Of a stretch of DNA of 64,000 nt, positions 45,606-63,568 are shown piece by piece. Position 1 is the first letter of the stretch, and each line of letters begins with the position of its first letter. This DNA comes from Eledone cirrhosa (taxonomy: Eukaryota). Location: contig OZ024740.1 in NCBI GenBank assembly GCA_964016885.1, positions 302,684,001-302,748,000 on the forward strand, given 5' to 3'. The translations under genes and the position numbers were made by a program. The notes below the pieces were generated by a model. The model searched no databases, had not been told where the DNA came from, and saw only the letters and a program-made list of their open reading frames with translations.

Positions 45606-48600
45606 CTTTATAAATGCACTATATAATGACAGATATAACCGCTCATAGAATAGCATGATTATGCAGCAAGACACATTCGTTAAGTGTCTGTGATCATTGA
45701 ATTGAAAAAGATTAATTTGCAGTTGACAGTTCGCTTCTGGGCTTATTACATTATGTATATAGCGTCTACTTCATTAAGAACTACACACGAATCTAGATAA
45801 TGCATTCAGCATAGAGATTGACATTTTGCTTAATACATTAGTATGTTAACTAAATATTTATGTTATGAACTACTGATGCATTACCAAAGCAACACTCTCT
45901 TCGATTTCACTTGTACCACATTCCAAGGAACGCAAAGGAAATATTGTAAGTGAGAGGTATTAACCATTTCAACTAGATAGAAAAGTCCACAGAGAGTAGA
46001 ATGAGTGAAAAAGCTGTAATGGGCATTGAAACTGCAACAAACACTCGACTCTTCAGGAACTTACCAACATACTGGGAGGTAGCAACAAAAAGGAATTAAG
46101 CTGAAAAACAAATTTATATTTCTCAATCTTAAGTTCAACTGCAATCTTTACTTTAATTTCTTAACACGTGGAAGAGAATTTATAATTAATATCTAAATGA
46201 AGCACACATCTGAGTTTCCCTTGTGTTTATGAAACTTTCATCTGTACCGCTTATTTTGTTTTCAGATAAGAAGTATTTTCTCTAGCCTGTGAGTTCACAT
46301 TTAAAGTGGAGAGTGGAATACTTAAGCGATGTTAATGTTTTTGACATTAAAGTCGCAAATGTGATGACTGCAATTTCAACAACATACAAGAGCAGGAAGA
46401 GAATCCTAGAGGGATGTGACATCCTGCTAGAAATGTACATAATTCTTTCACATTCCACAATGACGTTTACGAGGGAGAAAAAAAATTGTCATTATCTAAA
46501 CATTAACTGGATAAAAAGACAAAATACTGCCAGGATTCTTTTCTATTAGTCTGATATGAATATGAAGAATCTGTAACTAGTTTTATGTTTTCCTAGACGT
46601 GAGCTTTGAACATGGCGATGGTAGTAGAAAAGACTTGTTCAAGGAGGAATTTCCAGATGACCGAGGTTCTGAACAGAAAGCACTGGATTTAATACTTAGA
46701 GCGGAGTCTAGAGTGGATAAATTACAGGTAACCAGAAGAGAATATATGCGTGTGTCAGATGGGCATGAGTGGAATTTGGAAGAGACCAGACAGGTTTGAG
46801 GAGCAGAGGTTAATATAGTAATGGTAGATAAAAAGAAGGAGTAGCCTACACATCTGTGGACCAGATGTATGAGGGTGGTTTTTGAGTGTATGAATCCATG
46901 CCCATCAGTTCAGTGACTCTTATTTGGTTGTGTTCTGCTTCTATGTCTGTGTAGCATTGATCTATATATATGTATATGATCTTATGTATATAATCTCATA
47001 TATATGAGCTGTGTAGAATGTTAATAATTTCAGGTGGAAGCTGAAGTATTTTGCAGTACATTGTCCAACGATTGTGATTTAAGATAGAATCAGCTAAAAT
47101 TTATATTGTATTCGGCTGCCACAAGAACACTCTCTTCTAGTCTCGATTAAAATCTGTGGATAGGCACAAATTAAAGAAAGTAATATCAGAAAGCTCAATT
47201 ATACAGTTTCATATTTGAAAAGAAAAGTTAGTGAGATTATTATTTCTGTGAACACCAAGCAGGATTACATCTCTAGCATGAATCAAACATCTGAGAAGAG
47301 GAAGTGAGATCACGATATTTACAATCCTCTACGGCTGGTGTGTTTGCATAGGTTGGCGTTCAGCCTGAAAGTTTGATAAGCCAGAAATTAGTATGCCTCA
47401 CTCTCAGCTGCTCGTTCCATGAAATAGTTACCCTGTGAAGATACATTTCGATTCAGAATGCCTATTTCATGACAGATGATTATTTATTGATTCTTTATCA
47501 ATTGCTGGCGGTCTAATGAGATGTTGGCAACAGAACTGTAATTCATAAGAAAACGTTTCTAAATGTTATATGTTAAAACGTAACTAATGACAATCACCTG
47601 GCGAATAGTTGTCATATATTTCAATTGTGTAGAAGGCAATTGTTTAGGGAAATACTTCAACCGTATGAACCTGAATGATATTGACGTAATCAGAATAATA
47701 TTTTAAAATGTGCTGTTGCAGTCGTGGTATATTACATTATAAATATGTAATAAATTTTACATTATAAATATCTAATAAATATCTAGATTAGAGTTTATAA
47801 AAGTATCTATATAATATAACGTCTAGATGTTAATAATATACAATCCGTAATAAATCAATTGTTGCTGTTATTATTGCCATCGTTGCTTTCTATCTAAACA
47901 AATATCTGATTGAGACGTCATATGGTCCAGCCACTTCGACGTAATCAAGGTTTTACAATATCTTACTATATTTAGTAAGCATACACCATTACATATTTCT
48001 TTTTTTAAAGCTATGTTGCACTTTGTAAGGCATTTGACAGCTATTACTAGCTGATAGAATAACCATGTCGATGCTCCTTCTTTAGCTTATATCAGATATG
48101 ACGCCATTATTGAAGCTGCATTTATATGAAAAACAGGTACATACTTTATAGAAGAATGTTAAATGTTACAACATCTCTGAGTAAATATGTAAGGTTTTTA
48201 TTATATACTATGTCCTTCATTTACTAATTCAGTAAAACATTTACTGGCACCGAGTAAACTATTTTATTGTTCTATTCAAAATGTCGACGCCACGCAGCTT
48301 TCGAAATTTAGCGTTTAACATGTATTATATCATTTGAGCTTATGTTGTCCGTCTTTGAAACACTTTACAATTTCAACCATGCTAATTATCCAAGAGAGAT
48401 TTGGGTAAATAATATTCTGGCTCACATACTATATCAGTATTTTAAATTTCGGTCGCCAACATTGCCAGGAAGGATACTAATATATTTTAGTTTTACATTC
48501 GTGCTATTAAAACAAAAATGTAATTTAATGAAAATTATTGGCTTTTATTTCAGGAAAACCAGTGTTGTATAATCAATTTTATCGCTAGATTTTACTTCAG

Positions 48601-48807
48601 TCTAACAAATTTTAATAGATTGTCTTTCCTCTTTATTTCTCTTTTATCACCGAAATAAAGAGCCACAGCTTTTGGTCACTACTTGCCACATCTGTGATTG
48701 GTTCCAAGTAAAGGTTACTATAGTCTTATAAAGGTATGGACAGTGCAGGCGCACACACACACACGTAATAAATGATAAGGTTATATATATAAATAACAAT
48801 TGTTTAG

Positions 48808-48847
<40 letters not shown>

Positions 48848-48884
48848 CTACACTAACAATTGTGTAACCATATATATATATAAT

Positions 48885-49325
48885 TAGAAGGGGTATTAAA
48901 TTTGTTGGAAGTCCGACAAATATAAATGTTTATAACTGATTTAGAGCACTCAACAAGTTACTGGAGTAAATATTCAATGATATTAAATAAATGGAAACTA
49001 TATTTATAAAACCTTATTTATTTTATTATATATATTTCAAGGGTACCAAAACACATTGTATTTTATCTGAGGAAAGCGTACCAAAGTTTGTTTTATAAAT
49101 AGAGACATACCCATGAAAATCATACCTTATCGGTTGGATATTCACTGGATAGAGAATATCCAACCGATAAGGTAGGATTTTCATGGGTATGCCTCTATTT
49201 ATAAAAAAAACTTTGTATTTTATCTGAGGAAAGCGTACCAATGTGTTTTGGTACCCTTGAAATATATATAATAAAATAAATAAGGTTTTATAAATATAGT
49301 TTCCATTTACTTAATATCATTGTGT
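48885..49325. mobile_element. Fold-back family-2-like pLTR fragment with intact HHR at 49216-49278 (+)
   Basis: tattttat CTGAGGA aag-cgtacca..tggtaccctt GAAA tatata TA ataaaata; nested inverted arms 48975-49057/49240-49322 and 49090-49141/49155-49205. Confidence 0.82.
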
Positions 49326-50539
49326 ATATATATATATATGTCTACACAATTGTTATTTTTCAATTAAGGAGTCTTAATTCTCGCCTTGAAATCTGCTATT
49401 TCTCTGTTGGTGAGAACATTTTTAAATAAAACCGGTAAAACATACAATTCATCCGCCCATCTATCTATTTATCCATACATAAATCTATACACACATACGT
49501 ACATACATATTTAAATATGCACGTACACAGATATACAAATAAATTGCCTAGGCATGAGCCGTTGAGTGTATATAAGACCTTGATTAACCGCTGACTGTAT
49601 AAGGCCTTGATTAACAGGTCAGATAGTAAAAATCGATGAATACGAATGGTCTAATCAAGATAAAATCGAATGGGTGGAAAAATATGAAGAAAATAAAGAC
49701 AAAAAGAATATGAATGAATCAGTGGGTGGTCGAATGAATAGTTTGATGAATGACCGACGGACGGAATGAATGAATAAATGAATGAATGAATTTCTCAATC
49801 AATGAGTAGGTTAGTATTATATTGAATAAATCCTATCGTTTTCTCCCTGCCACCGCCTCCTTTTATTGTTTCTTCCTCCTCTTTTCCAGTCATCACTAGG
49901 TTACCAACAGCCTTTCTGTTTTCATGTGATTCTTGAATGAATTTAGGTGTAGGCAGTGGTTGTCAAGCCAATAGGTATTTAGGTAGGTATACATGTAGGC
50001 AAGCGAAGAGGTAGGTAAATTGATAGGTAATAGGAAGATAGGTAGGTAGGTAGATAGGTCGGTGCGTACGTACGTAAGTAGGTATGTATGTAGGTAGATA
50101 GGTAGGTAGGTATGTAGGTAGGAAGATATGTAGGTACGTTGGTAGATAGGTAGGTAGGTAGGAATGGAGAGAATCAATCAAGTAGGTAGATATCTGTATA
50201 AACAGGTAGGCAATGATGGATTGGTGTCTTCATTCATAATGTTGTTTCGCTGACAAAACTAAGTTATGTAACTCATTTCTTTAGGCTATCTAACAGTATC
50301 AAATAAATAGGTGATTGCTAGTAGTGTCACTTTTCATATGGACATGCGCACATACACAAACATAGGACAAAATAACTCATATAGACATGAACACACTAGT
50401 AATTGCACTCAAACACGCGTACACATATATATGCTGACATGGATGCTACTTTTTATCTTTATGTATGTATGTATCTATATATATATGTATGTATATGTGT
50501 ATATACATGGGTTCATATGTATGTATATACGCGGGGACA

Positions 50540-50874
50540 TAGAAATAGTCGGGCTGGACATCCGATCGCGCGGTTAAACCACTGGGAGTGAAGGACCCCT
50601 AGTCTTTCCCAGGGCATTCTTCTAGGAGAAGGCAACTCAGGAAACTGGGATAACTCCGATATAAAACCTGCAGCTCAGTAATTACCGATGATGTTGATCT
50701 TTTCTTCTTTTGGGGTTATAGCTACTGTCGCTCAGAGAGTGGGATTCGCTCAGTGCACAGTCTTCCCTCACTTTAATAAATATCTTCACGCACAGGCATT
50801 GCACGATAGAATTAGTTAATAATTATTAATAATGTTATATCGTGCAATAGCCATACTCGATAACGAGGGGGTAT

Positions 50875-50935
<61 letters not shown>

Positions 50936-51780
50936 CTACGCATGCTTGTATATATGTTTCTATGTAAGTATGGATATATGCATATACGTTTGTGTGTATG
51001 CATGTGTGTATGTATGCATATATGCTTTTATATATATGTATATGTATGTTTGAATGTATATACTTTGTGTGTATGTATGAATGTATGTATATATGCTTGT
51101 ATATATATTTCTATGTATGTATAGTTGTATGTATATACGATTGTGTGTATATATGTTTGTATGAATGTATGTATTATATGCTTGTATACATATATTTCTG
51201 TTTATGTATGGTTGTATATATATATATATATACGTTTCTGTGTATGTATGTCAGGTCACTCTTGGGTGCTACTGGTAACATGTAACCCAATACAACCTGT
51301 CACATGGTCGGTTCGTCGGCGAATAAACCGGCAACCCCACCGAGTTTACTTGGCGAGGGGGGATGCTGTTGGACACCCTGCAGAACAAAAAAGAAAAGCT
51401 GACAAAGGTCGGAAGAACTCATAAGAGTCACCGGCCATCCAAAAGTGTGTAAATATGTATATACACAAGTACCGCGCGGTTAAACCACTGGGAGTGAAGG
51501 ACCCCTAGCCTTTGTCAGGGCATTCTTCTAGGAGAAGGCAACTCAGGAAACTGGGATAACTCCGATATAAAACCTGTGGTTCAGTAGTTACCGATGATGT
51601 TGATCTTTTCTTCTTTTCGGGTTATAGCTACTGTCGCTCAGAGAGTGGGATTCGCTCAGTGGACAGTCTTCCCTCACTTTAATAAATATCTTCATGCACA
51701 GGCATTGCACGATAGAATTAGTTAATAATTATTAATAATGTTATATCGTGCAATAGCCATACTCGATAACGAGGCGGCTG
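50540..51780 (+). mobile_element. Dispersed ~300-bp repeat (copies 50540-50870, 51475-51775, 58028-58295), possibly an RTE-type LINE 5' region or a SINE
   Basis: Three near-identical copies; the ctaggagaaggcaactc..aaacc motif is reminiscent of RTE 5' UTRs (inference). Confidence 0.55.
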
Positions 51781-52264
51781 CCATCATCATCATATATGTA
51801 TGCATGCTTGCATATATGTTTCTATGTAAGTATGGATATATGCATATAGTTTGTGTGTATGTATGTGTGTATGTATGTATGCATGTATATATGCTTTTAT
51901 ATATGTTTATATGTATGTTTGAATGTATATACTTTTGTGTGTATATATATATGCTTGTATATATATTTCTATCTGTGTATAGTTGTATGTATATACGTTT
52001 GTGTGTATGTATGCTTGTGTGAATGTATGTATATATGCTTGTATATATATTTCTATTTATGTATGGTTGTATGTATATACGGTTCTGTGTATCTATGTAT
52101 GTATGTATGTGTGCGTGAATGTATGTATGTAAGTATGTATGTATATATGTATGTACGTATGTATGTATATATGTATGTACGTATGTATGTAGGTATATAT
52201 GTAACTATGTATGTATATAAGTATGTATTTATGTTATCTCTTTCTCTTAATTTCGAGTATATTT

Positions 52265-52460
52265 TTTTTGACCAGCCACCTTCCTGGTGGCAAGGTTGTA
52301 AAAGAAAAGAAATTGTCATCCCTTGAATCGCAAGAATGTTTTGCAAATTTTGAAGGTGCCAGCTATCGCAGCCATTTGTAGACTATGAATTAGGGAGCTG
52401 CGCTTTTTGTCCGCAAATCCAAGTTCAGTCATACTTTGGTCCAAGCGGGTTGGTATATAA
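52265..52460 (-). mobile_element. 3' end of a REL-type non-LTR element
   Basis: YIPTRLDQSMTELG..LIHSLQMAAIAGTFKICKTF*, resembling REL-LINE C-termini. Confidence 0.5.
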
Positions 52461-55400
52461 TGTATGTATATTTGTATGTACGTAGGTAGGTATGTATTTA
52501 TATATGTATCTCTGTATGTATCTATGTATGTATGCATGTATGTTCGAATATTAGTGGAACATATCAAATTAGCGATAATTAACAAAGTTATTTAGTCCCT
52601 TTTTCCTTTCATATTTTAAGGTCGATAGAAAGAGTACCAGCCAAGTAGTTGGGTCGATTCTTTCTCACATCCTTTCTCACACTCTCTTTCACCTTCTCTG
52701 GAAGAAATCTGCTGTGTTCAGATCTGGAGATGAGATGGGCTCCGCCAGGCTTAAAACATGCGCACCCTAGAAACACTGTATCTCAATACGGTGCCCCTAC
52801 GACTCTCTCATGAGTTACGGGACCAAAGAATAAAGTCTCTTGGTATCAACGTATTAACCTTACAATAATTGAGACGAATTGGTAAGGGCTATTGTGAGTT
52901 CGATGATAAATCAATGAAAGGGTGGAAAATTGTGTGGAGGGGGGTAGATCACTGAAAATAGACAAAGTTTGCAGAAATACTAAACCTAACAAAGAGTTAT
53001 CAGGATAACAATTTGTATAATTTGGGATGTTTACATTAGGATAACATTAGCATGGCATTAGAATGTAATTAGCATAACATTAATATAGCATTAGCATAAT
53101 AGAAGCATAGTGCAGTATCAACAGTCTTCATGATGGCAGAGAATATTCTAGATTTGCCTAGTTTTTCTCCATCTTTATACTTTTTGATACTGCACTGTTT
53201 TACACCGAGGCAATGCTGTAATTGCTCTCTGCTGCACCAAATAAATACTACACTATGACTTAGTTTCTCTCTACGGCACTAATTAACATTGATGAAGCAG
53301 AGAAGATAACACAATTAAAATCTGAGTTTCCCAAGCTGGACAGTGAGACATGCTTACCTCAATGACTTTAATTAAGAGGAAGGGAGATCTCTCAGAACGG
53401 AGCTGTATGTATGTGTGTATGTAATTATATATGTAAGTATATACGCATGTATGTAATTGTGTGTGTGTATGTATGGAGGAATGCATGTATAAATGTTTGT
53501 ATGTGTGTATGTATGTATGTATGTATGTATGTATGTATGTATGTATGTATGTATGTATGTATGTATGTATGTATGTTGGTATGTATATATTCATATATGT
53601 ATGCATGTGTGTATGTCTTGCGGTATTTATTCCGGATATTTATGTTTAGAATTTGTATCCTGACGATGTCAACTTTATCTTTCATCATTCAGGGGTCGTT
53701 AAAATAAAATACTGCTCAGATAGTGGAAGCAATGTAATCGGCCACAACGTTTGTGTTTGTGTGCAATGTGCTAGCTTAATATGCATGCATTGTCCCGTAA
53801 CTCCTGGGGGAGTCATGGCGGTGCCCTATTGACATACAGCGTTTCTAGGGCATGTTTCTTAACCTGCCGGCGTCCATCTCCTCTCCTGATCCTAGCATGA
53901 TATAGTAGAATCCAAAACATTGTTCAGTTGAACACAAACAATAATTCTTTCGCTTTTTTTTTTTTTTTTTTGCCAATGCAACACTTGAGAAGGTTGTAGG
54001 AGTATCCTATTGACATACAGCGTTTCTATGGTATTTTGAAACCTAGCGAAGCCCATCCCCTCTCCAGGTCTGAAGACAGCAGATTTCTTCCAAAGAGACG
54101 TAGAGTGAGAAAGCGACATAGAAAAAGAATCAACACCAGTACTATACTGGTACTTTTTTATCGGCTATAAATGGATGAATGGCAAAGTTGAGCACGATGG
54201 GATTTGAACTCTCAGAGCAGAGAATCGGAACAAATAACGCAAAGCAGTCTATCCGATGTTCTAACGACTCTGCCAATTCATCGTCTTTTGCCAATTTACT
54301 GTCGATGACGAGAGTTAATCAATCCTCGTCCAAGCCTCATTTAGCTACTTTGGAGAAACAGTGGACTAAAACGGTTGGGCTTGAAAACATTATTGGTTCC
54401 GGCACACGCAGGCGTGCGCGCAGGCACACACTCATCATAGCGTTCACTCACATACAAATATTCTATCCTTGCATGGAAAACGCAAACAAAAATGCGACAT
54501 TTGATGGAGATTTAACTGTTTTTGTTAGCAGGTTGAGAGACCATATTAAAGTTTCCGTGTTGCTGCATTATTAACAGATTATTTTCCATTCATTTTGACA
54601 AAGAAAACTTTACCAAACCTTATTACTTTTCTTGGGTTAATTAAGTTCTTTGCATTCCTGCTCCTGGCTACAGGGATCCTGCTAGTTACGCTTCGGAAAT
54701 CAAACACCATATAATAATTAAACGATGATATCAGTTTTGGTATGAGAACATTTTAGGAGTTGTCAAGTTAAGCTGACTTTCATGTGGCTCCAATGGGCGA
54801 TGTTAACACCAGGGAAATGAACATGTTTTCAATACTTAATAGACTAAATGAAAGCTGGTATTTGTGTTCAATTGAATCAACTAATTTTTCTCTTCGTTAA
54901 TTCTGTTCCATTCTCTGCAGTGTACATCCATGTATAATTTCAGTTGCAATCTGAATTTCTATGAGAAAATGCCACTTAGGATTTTTCATTTTTTTTTATG
55001 GAGAATAGAACATGTGAATGGTTTCACAAGACTCTTCATACAGCGTACTGTAGCCGATTCTGAAACAGAGAACGAGAAAGATTGCAAACTTGACTTAGTA
55101 CTTAACTGGTACTTAAATTTATCTATCTTGTGAGGAAGAAATGCAAAGATGATTTCGGCGGCATTTGAATCAAAGTGCAACGAAACGTAACAAATACTGC
55201 AAGGCATTCTACCCCAGTCTGTAACAAACATAGGGAACTTTCATTGCTGACGTTTGAACAAGGCCATATATCTGGATCGGGCAAACAGACGCTTATATAG
55301 ACCCAGTACTAAGACTTAACTCCATTGTATCATCTATGTAAGGTTAAAAGGCAAATTTTACACCAGCGCAATTTGAGATCAGAATGTGAACTTACACAAC

Positions 55401-56057
55401 CATATACGGCAATTTATTCTGACTGACTTCCCTCCGATTCTGACAATCCATCACACTTGCCATATAAAATATGAAATAGTGTAAGTGTGCGAAACCATTT
55501 TGTTGGTTTCAGAGCTGATGAAGGGGGGGGGGGGGGGGTATGTGTGAACTTGACTTGTATATCGCCTCTCTATATTTCCTTCTTCCAGTCACATCTATGC
55601 GCCAACACACTTCTCCTTATCTCCCTCCTCTCTCAATCTTTTCTATATTTCATCTGCCTGTCACCCACCTCGTGGTAAGTTTCTCTGTAGACAACTCGCC
55701 GCTGATCTCTGTCCTCTAAGACATTTTTGCCCATCGCTGTCATTGAGAGCATTTGGCTCTTTAAACGTCTATTCTAGCGGTGAGTTTTCTTATTTTTTAT
55801 ATGATTGTAGAAAGATTTTATGAAGTTTTGCATTTAGAGAAGCCTGTTGATAAATTCGTATTTTAAATACGATCGAAAGAAAGTTCCTAAAGATAGTACA
55901 ACGCCTATCAATACACTTGCCTAGCGAGTGTGTCAGTAATTAAATAAGCGAAAGCAATTACAGGCAAATATCTTGCCGAAGGATAAAATCCAGGCTTTGG
56001 AGATAAGATTATTTCCGATTGTGCCTCCTCGTTTCATCATTACAATTGGTTTATCAT

Positions 56058-56108
<51 letters not shown>

Positions 56109-56237
56109 GTGTGTGTGTGTGTGCATACATTGGTTATATTCGATGCATTTTGAATTCGGAATACATCTTTGATACACTTTCTACATATAAATGTTCACCC
56201 CTTGTCCCATGTATGAATATGTATATATGTGTGTCCG

Positions 56238-56318
<81 letters not shown>

Positions 56319-56468
56319 GTGTTTATGTATATATTTATGTATATTTATATATTTATGTATATATATTTAAATATTTATGTATATATATTATTTCTATATT
56401 TATGTATATTATTTATATATTTATGTATATATACATATATTTATGTATGTATTTGTGTATTTATGTAA

Positions 56469-56548
<80 letters not shown>

Positions 56549-56722
56549 ATTTATAACTCTATAAGGAAAACTAATACATATACATCTCAATGAAAGGATA
56601 AAATATGTTAATAAATGATCCACTCAGAGAAGTATTAAAATATGTTAGACTTAAGCCTAAATCTCATATTTGGCGGATACAAACCAAATCGGCTAAACAA
56701 AGTCGATTTCAACTTATAGAAT

Positions 56723-56822
56723 ACCCTGACCATGGTTTCTGGAACTCAAGATACAAAATCGGCAATTCCAAGACATTGCAATGACCAATATTGGAAGAAT
56801 TTCAGTTCCTTCATCGGGATGT
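56723..56822 (-). ncRNA. Degenerate long-stem-II HHR
   Basis: Sense: CCGATGA a-ggaact...agttcc-a GAAA ccatgg TC agggt. Stem I is imperfect. Confidence 0.5.
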
Positions 56823-57157
56823 GAAATTTTCTGAGGAATAAGGTGCCTCGTTGAAAATATATCGTACATAATATTTTGTTGCAAGACATGATGAACAAGG
56901 TGTTGTATCACTGATTAACTATATGACTATATTCCACCCAAGTTGGAATATGTCCATATAGACAAGTTGAATATATATCATACATACCATGCCACCCGCA
57001 TGGTGAAACAACGCGTCACAACGCTGAATTACTGTCTGAATATTTCCCACTGAATATATGGAGAAAATACGACGGGCTTAGATCAGCTGAAAATGGTGGA
57101 GCTGTCAATATTGATTTATCACTCTATTTCTTGTATCTATACCCGATTTGGCTTGTA

Positions 57158-57197
<40 letters not shown>

Positions 57198-57263
57198 CGC
57201 TATTCCGGGTTGAATCGGAGGTAACCACAGTAAGTAAGGTACTCAATACATTGCAGAGTATAA

Positions 57264-57361
57264 AAGTTTTAATATAGATGAGATTCTACAGGACTAGAAC
57301 TGTTTCATTCTTAAAGAATGAAACAGTTCTAGTCCTGTAGAATCTCATCTATATTAAAACT
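57264..57361. repeat. Perfect ~48-bp-arm palindrome containing the 3' half of an HHR
   Basis: agttttaatatagatgagattctacaggactagaactgtttcattctt|aa|agaatGAAAcagtTCtagtcctgtagaatctcatctatattaaaact. Confidence 0.75.
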
Positions 57362-57382
57362 ATATATATATATATATATATA

Positions 57383-57790
57383 TGACGGCGATGAATTTGT
57401 TTTGCGAGGTTCTTGATATGAAATCCTGTGTCAAAACAAATATTGTTATACTTGGGGAGGGTCATATTGTTGTAATAATATTGCTAGAAATAGTAACAGA
57501 ACACACTCACTGTTTGGTTGGTTTTCGTTTCTGCATCTTTTATATCTCACAGTTAATTTATTTGGCCATCAATGTTTATCACTGACTGACCAACGGTAAA
57601 AAATACAGATATAAATACATATATATAGTCTAACAAAGTTCTTTCGTTGCATATGTGCAACATCATCAGTGGTACTATTATCATGACCCCCCACCCCTAC
57701 TGTATTGTATGTATTGTAATGTCTACGCCATTTTTATTTTATCCATTTATTTATTTATTTATTTATTTATTTATGTCTTCGTCTCTGCGC
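57383..57790 (-). mobile_element. Neptune-like PLE terminal fragment with HHR-like motif at 57632-57675
   Basis: Homologous to 18905-19330. Confidence 0.75.
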
Positions 57791-58295
57791 ATATATATAT
57801 ATCGACAGTCGATCGACTTTCGTCAATTCGGGCCGAGGAAGCAATCTTTCCGTTGGTCTTTCCAATTGCTAATACTCTCTATCGGTTGCAACTCCAGGTA
57901 GAAGGAGCAACGTGAAATAAAGTCTCTTGCTTAAGGCCATGACTCATCACCCGGTTCAGGGATCGAACTCACAACCTCAGCCACTCAGCCACACTTCTTC
58001 ACAAATAAATGAATATGTATGTATGTTAGAAATAGTCGGGCTGGTCACCAGATCGCACGGTTAAACTACGGGGAGTGAAGGACCCCTAGCATTTGTCAGG
58101 GTATTCTTCTAGGAGAAGTCAACTCAGGAAACTGGGATAACTCCGATATAAAACCTGCGGCTCAGTAGTTACCGATGATGTTGAACCATACTTCTTTTCG
58201 GGTTTTAGTTACTGTCGCTCAGAGAGTGGGATTGGCTCAGTGCACAGTCTTTCCTCACTTTAAAAAATGTTATGGCCATACTCGATAACGAGGGT

Positions 58296-58336
<41 letters not shown>

Positions 58337-58401
58337 GGGTTTAATCAGTTGTTTACCAGGTAAGTAAGGTACTCAGTACATAGAGTATAAATATCTAAAA
58401 A

Positions 58402-58575
58402 GGTTTCTACTTTTGGCACAAGGCCATCAAATACCCAGTACATTACTGGTACTTTATTTTATCGACCCCGTAAGGATGAAAGGCAAAGTTAACCTCGGCG
58501 GATTTGAACTCAAAGGGACGTAACTATGCTGGAAAGCATGGCGTCCGACCCTCTACCGATACTGCCAATCCATCT
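58402..58575 (-). mobile_element. S1 SINE
   Basis: Matches 10339-10520. Confidence 0.82.
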
Positions 58576-59984
58576 AATAATATTAAATAATTATATATGT
58601 GTGTGTGTGTGTTTATGTACGTATCTAGAGAGAGGGGGCGTGATAAATAGGTAAATATATAGGCAGATAGGCAGGCTGACCGATACATAGATAATAGGTA
58701 GACTTGCTAATAATGGTGACTAGAATTCTAAAATTCAGCGACTTCTTGGCTTCTTGAAACTGTATAAATGAGATGAAACTTTCGCTATCTATAGCCCGAA
58801 GCAAATGAATATTTCTAATATCCACTCTCAAGTCGAAGCAAAGTAACATATTCACTACTACATCAACAGGTAGTAAAATATCCTACACTCTTTCCTTTTG
58901 GACTATCCTTTCCTTACCTATTGAATGTGTTTATCCCGCACCTAACTTTTCCTCATAACTACTTTATATGTTATGCTTACTAAATCCTTTTCTATTGGTC
59001 CAGGCTAAGTATAAATGTTCTTCTTAATTTTCATGTTGTTATTTGGTTCTTAAATAAGTCAACGAAACACCAAAGTAAAGAGTCACCTTCAATAAAAACT
59101 ATTAAATACCTTCTATTGTGCATGACAAGAGAGAATGTATTCATCTTGTCCACTATTCTGAGTTTCTCATTTCGGTGTGTACGTTCCGGCGGTTTAAACC
59201 GCTACATTATCTGCATGATGAGGAAAATACTGCATCAGCATTGCCCAAATGATGATGCCATAATCTTCAAAGTACACCTAAGGCTCGGGCTCTGTGCTAT
59301 CCGCCCACAAGAAAAATCAAACGCGCATATCATAACAACATTACGGCACAATTATTTCACCTCAACTTGTCCCACTCTTTAAAATTACACAAAAACACAT
59401 TATAACAGAAACAGATCCTATAAAATTCAAAACTTTTTTGGACACATTCCTCCAAGAAATCACGAATAAACCTCATAGACCTGGATATGTCTCCGTAAAC
59501 AATAACTCTCTACTTGAGGGAGCCACGATTCGTATGAATAATTCTCTACCTTTTAGCGAGTAGAAAAATGCTTTTATATAGTTGATGTATTAAACGTTTA
59601 AATCTGAATAAACCAACTCATCCCACCAAAAGAGGTTAAATTCTACCGAGAATATTCTTTTGTCAATGTAGCCTTATCAGATGGAAAAATTAGTTGGTCG
59701 TTCTTTCAAACTGAAGGAAGCAAATACAAAACAAATTATAGCGCAGAGGCGTTAATATTGTATCCTAAACGGATATCTGTTTGATCAACCGCAGAAATTT
59801 ATTATGGTTTTGTTTTCCTATTTATTTTCATTAGCAGAAGGTCATTGGTGTATTTCTTCTCAGGACATTGACTCTGTTGCGTGTCCAATTAATATTTCTC
59901 TCCTACAGTGATTACCATAATGCAATCCATACGTATATGTTGAGTGAATACAGTCATGGTTTCGAAACATATGTTTACTTATTA

Positions 59985-60162
59985 TTGGCAGTTTCAGTAG
60001 AGGGTCGGACGCCATGCTTTCCAGCATAAAGTTACGCCCCTTTATGGTCTGAGTTCACATCCCACCGAGGTTAACTTTGCTTCATCCTTACCGGGTTGAT
60101 AAAATAAAGTACCAGTAATGTACTGAGTAATTGCTGGACTTGTGCCAAAAGTAGAAACAATT
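59985..60162 (+). mobile_element. S1 SINE
   Basis: Matches 10339-10515 in reverse. Confidence 0.82.
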
Positions 60163-60367
60163 ATCGTTAGAGTATTGGGGAAAGTGCTTCACATCATTTA
60201 GTTATGACAATTTACGATCTGTGTTTAATTCTCGCTGAAGTCAATTTAGATTTTCGTACTGCACTTCAGGTTCATAAACTCAATTCTAAAGTTTGTGTTC
60301 AATCCTAGTGAAGTGTCATCTACTCTGATTGAACAGCACCTTGTACGTCTTTCTGAAATTATTAGTA

Positions 60368-60404
<37 letters not shown>

Positions 60405-60461
60405 TACATACATACATATATATCCACACACACACATTATATATATATTATATATATATAT

Positions 60462-63312
<2,851 letters not shown>

Positions 63313-63568
63313 CCCTATATGTATTTTGCATCTAGGGATACATACCTTATTATTATTAATCTCCCCTGGTCGAGATAACATTTTGGTCGTGTTAACTGCT
63401 GCTATTTCTAGTGGCAATAGATTGACCTTTCCGCCTCTGCCTTCTATCTTTATACACGGCACTAGACAGAATTGCTTCTTCATCATACACTCTCATCTCG
63501 GGAACAATTTTGAATGGCGCCAGTTCGTGATTTGAACTCGGGAATTTTATATTCTCCGAGCGAAAAGA

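Noticed and set aside
44200-47550. Host exons or CR1/L2 remnants (e.g. 44330-44560, 46600-46900, 47290-47370)
   Set aside because: Only weak resemblance, with no motif or splice chain supportable without a homology search.
54179-54574. 131-aa ORF
   Set aside because: It begins inside a degenerate S1 SINE and has no recognisable domain.
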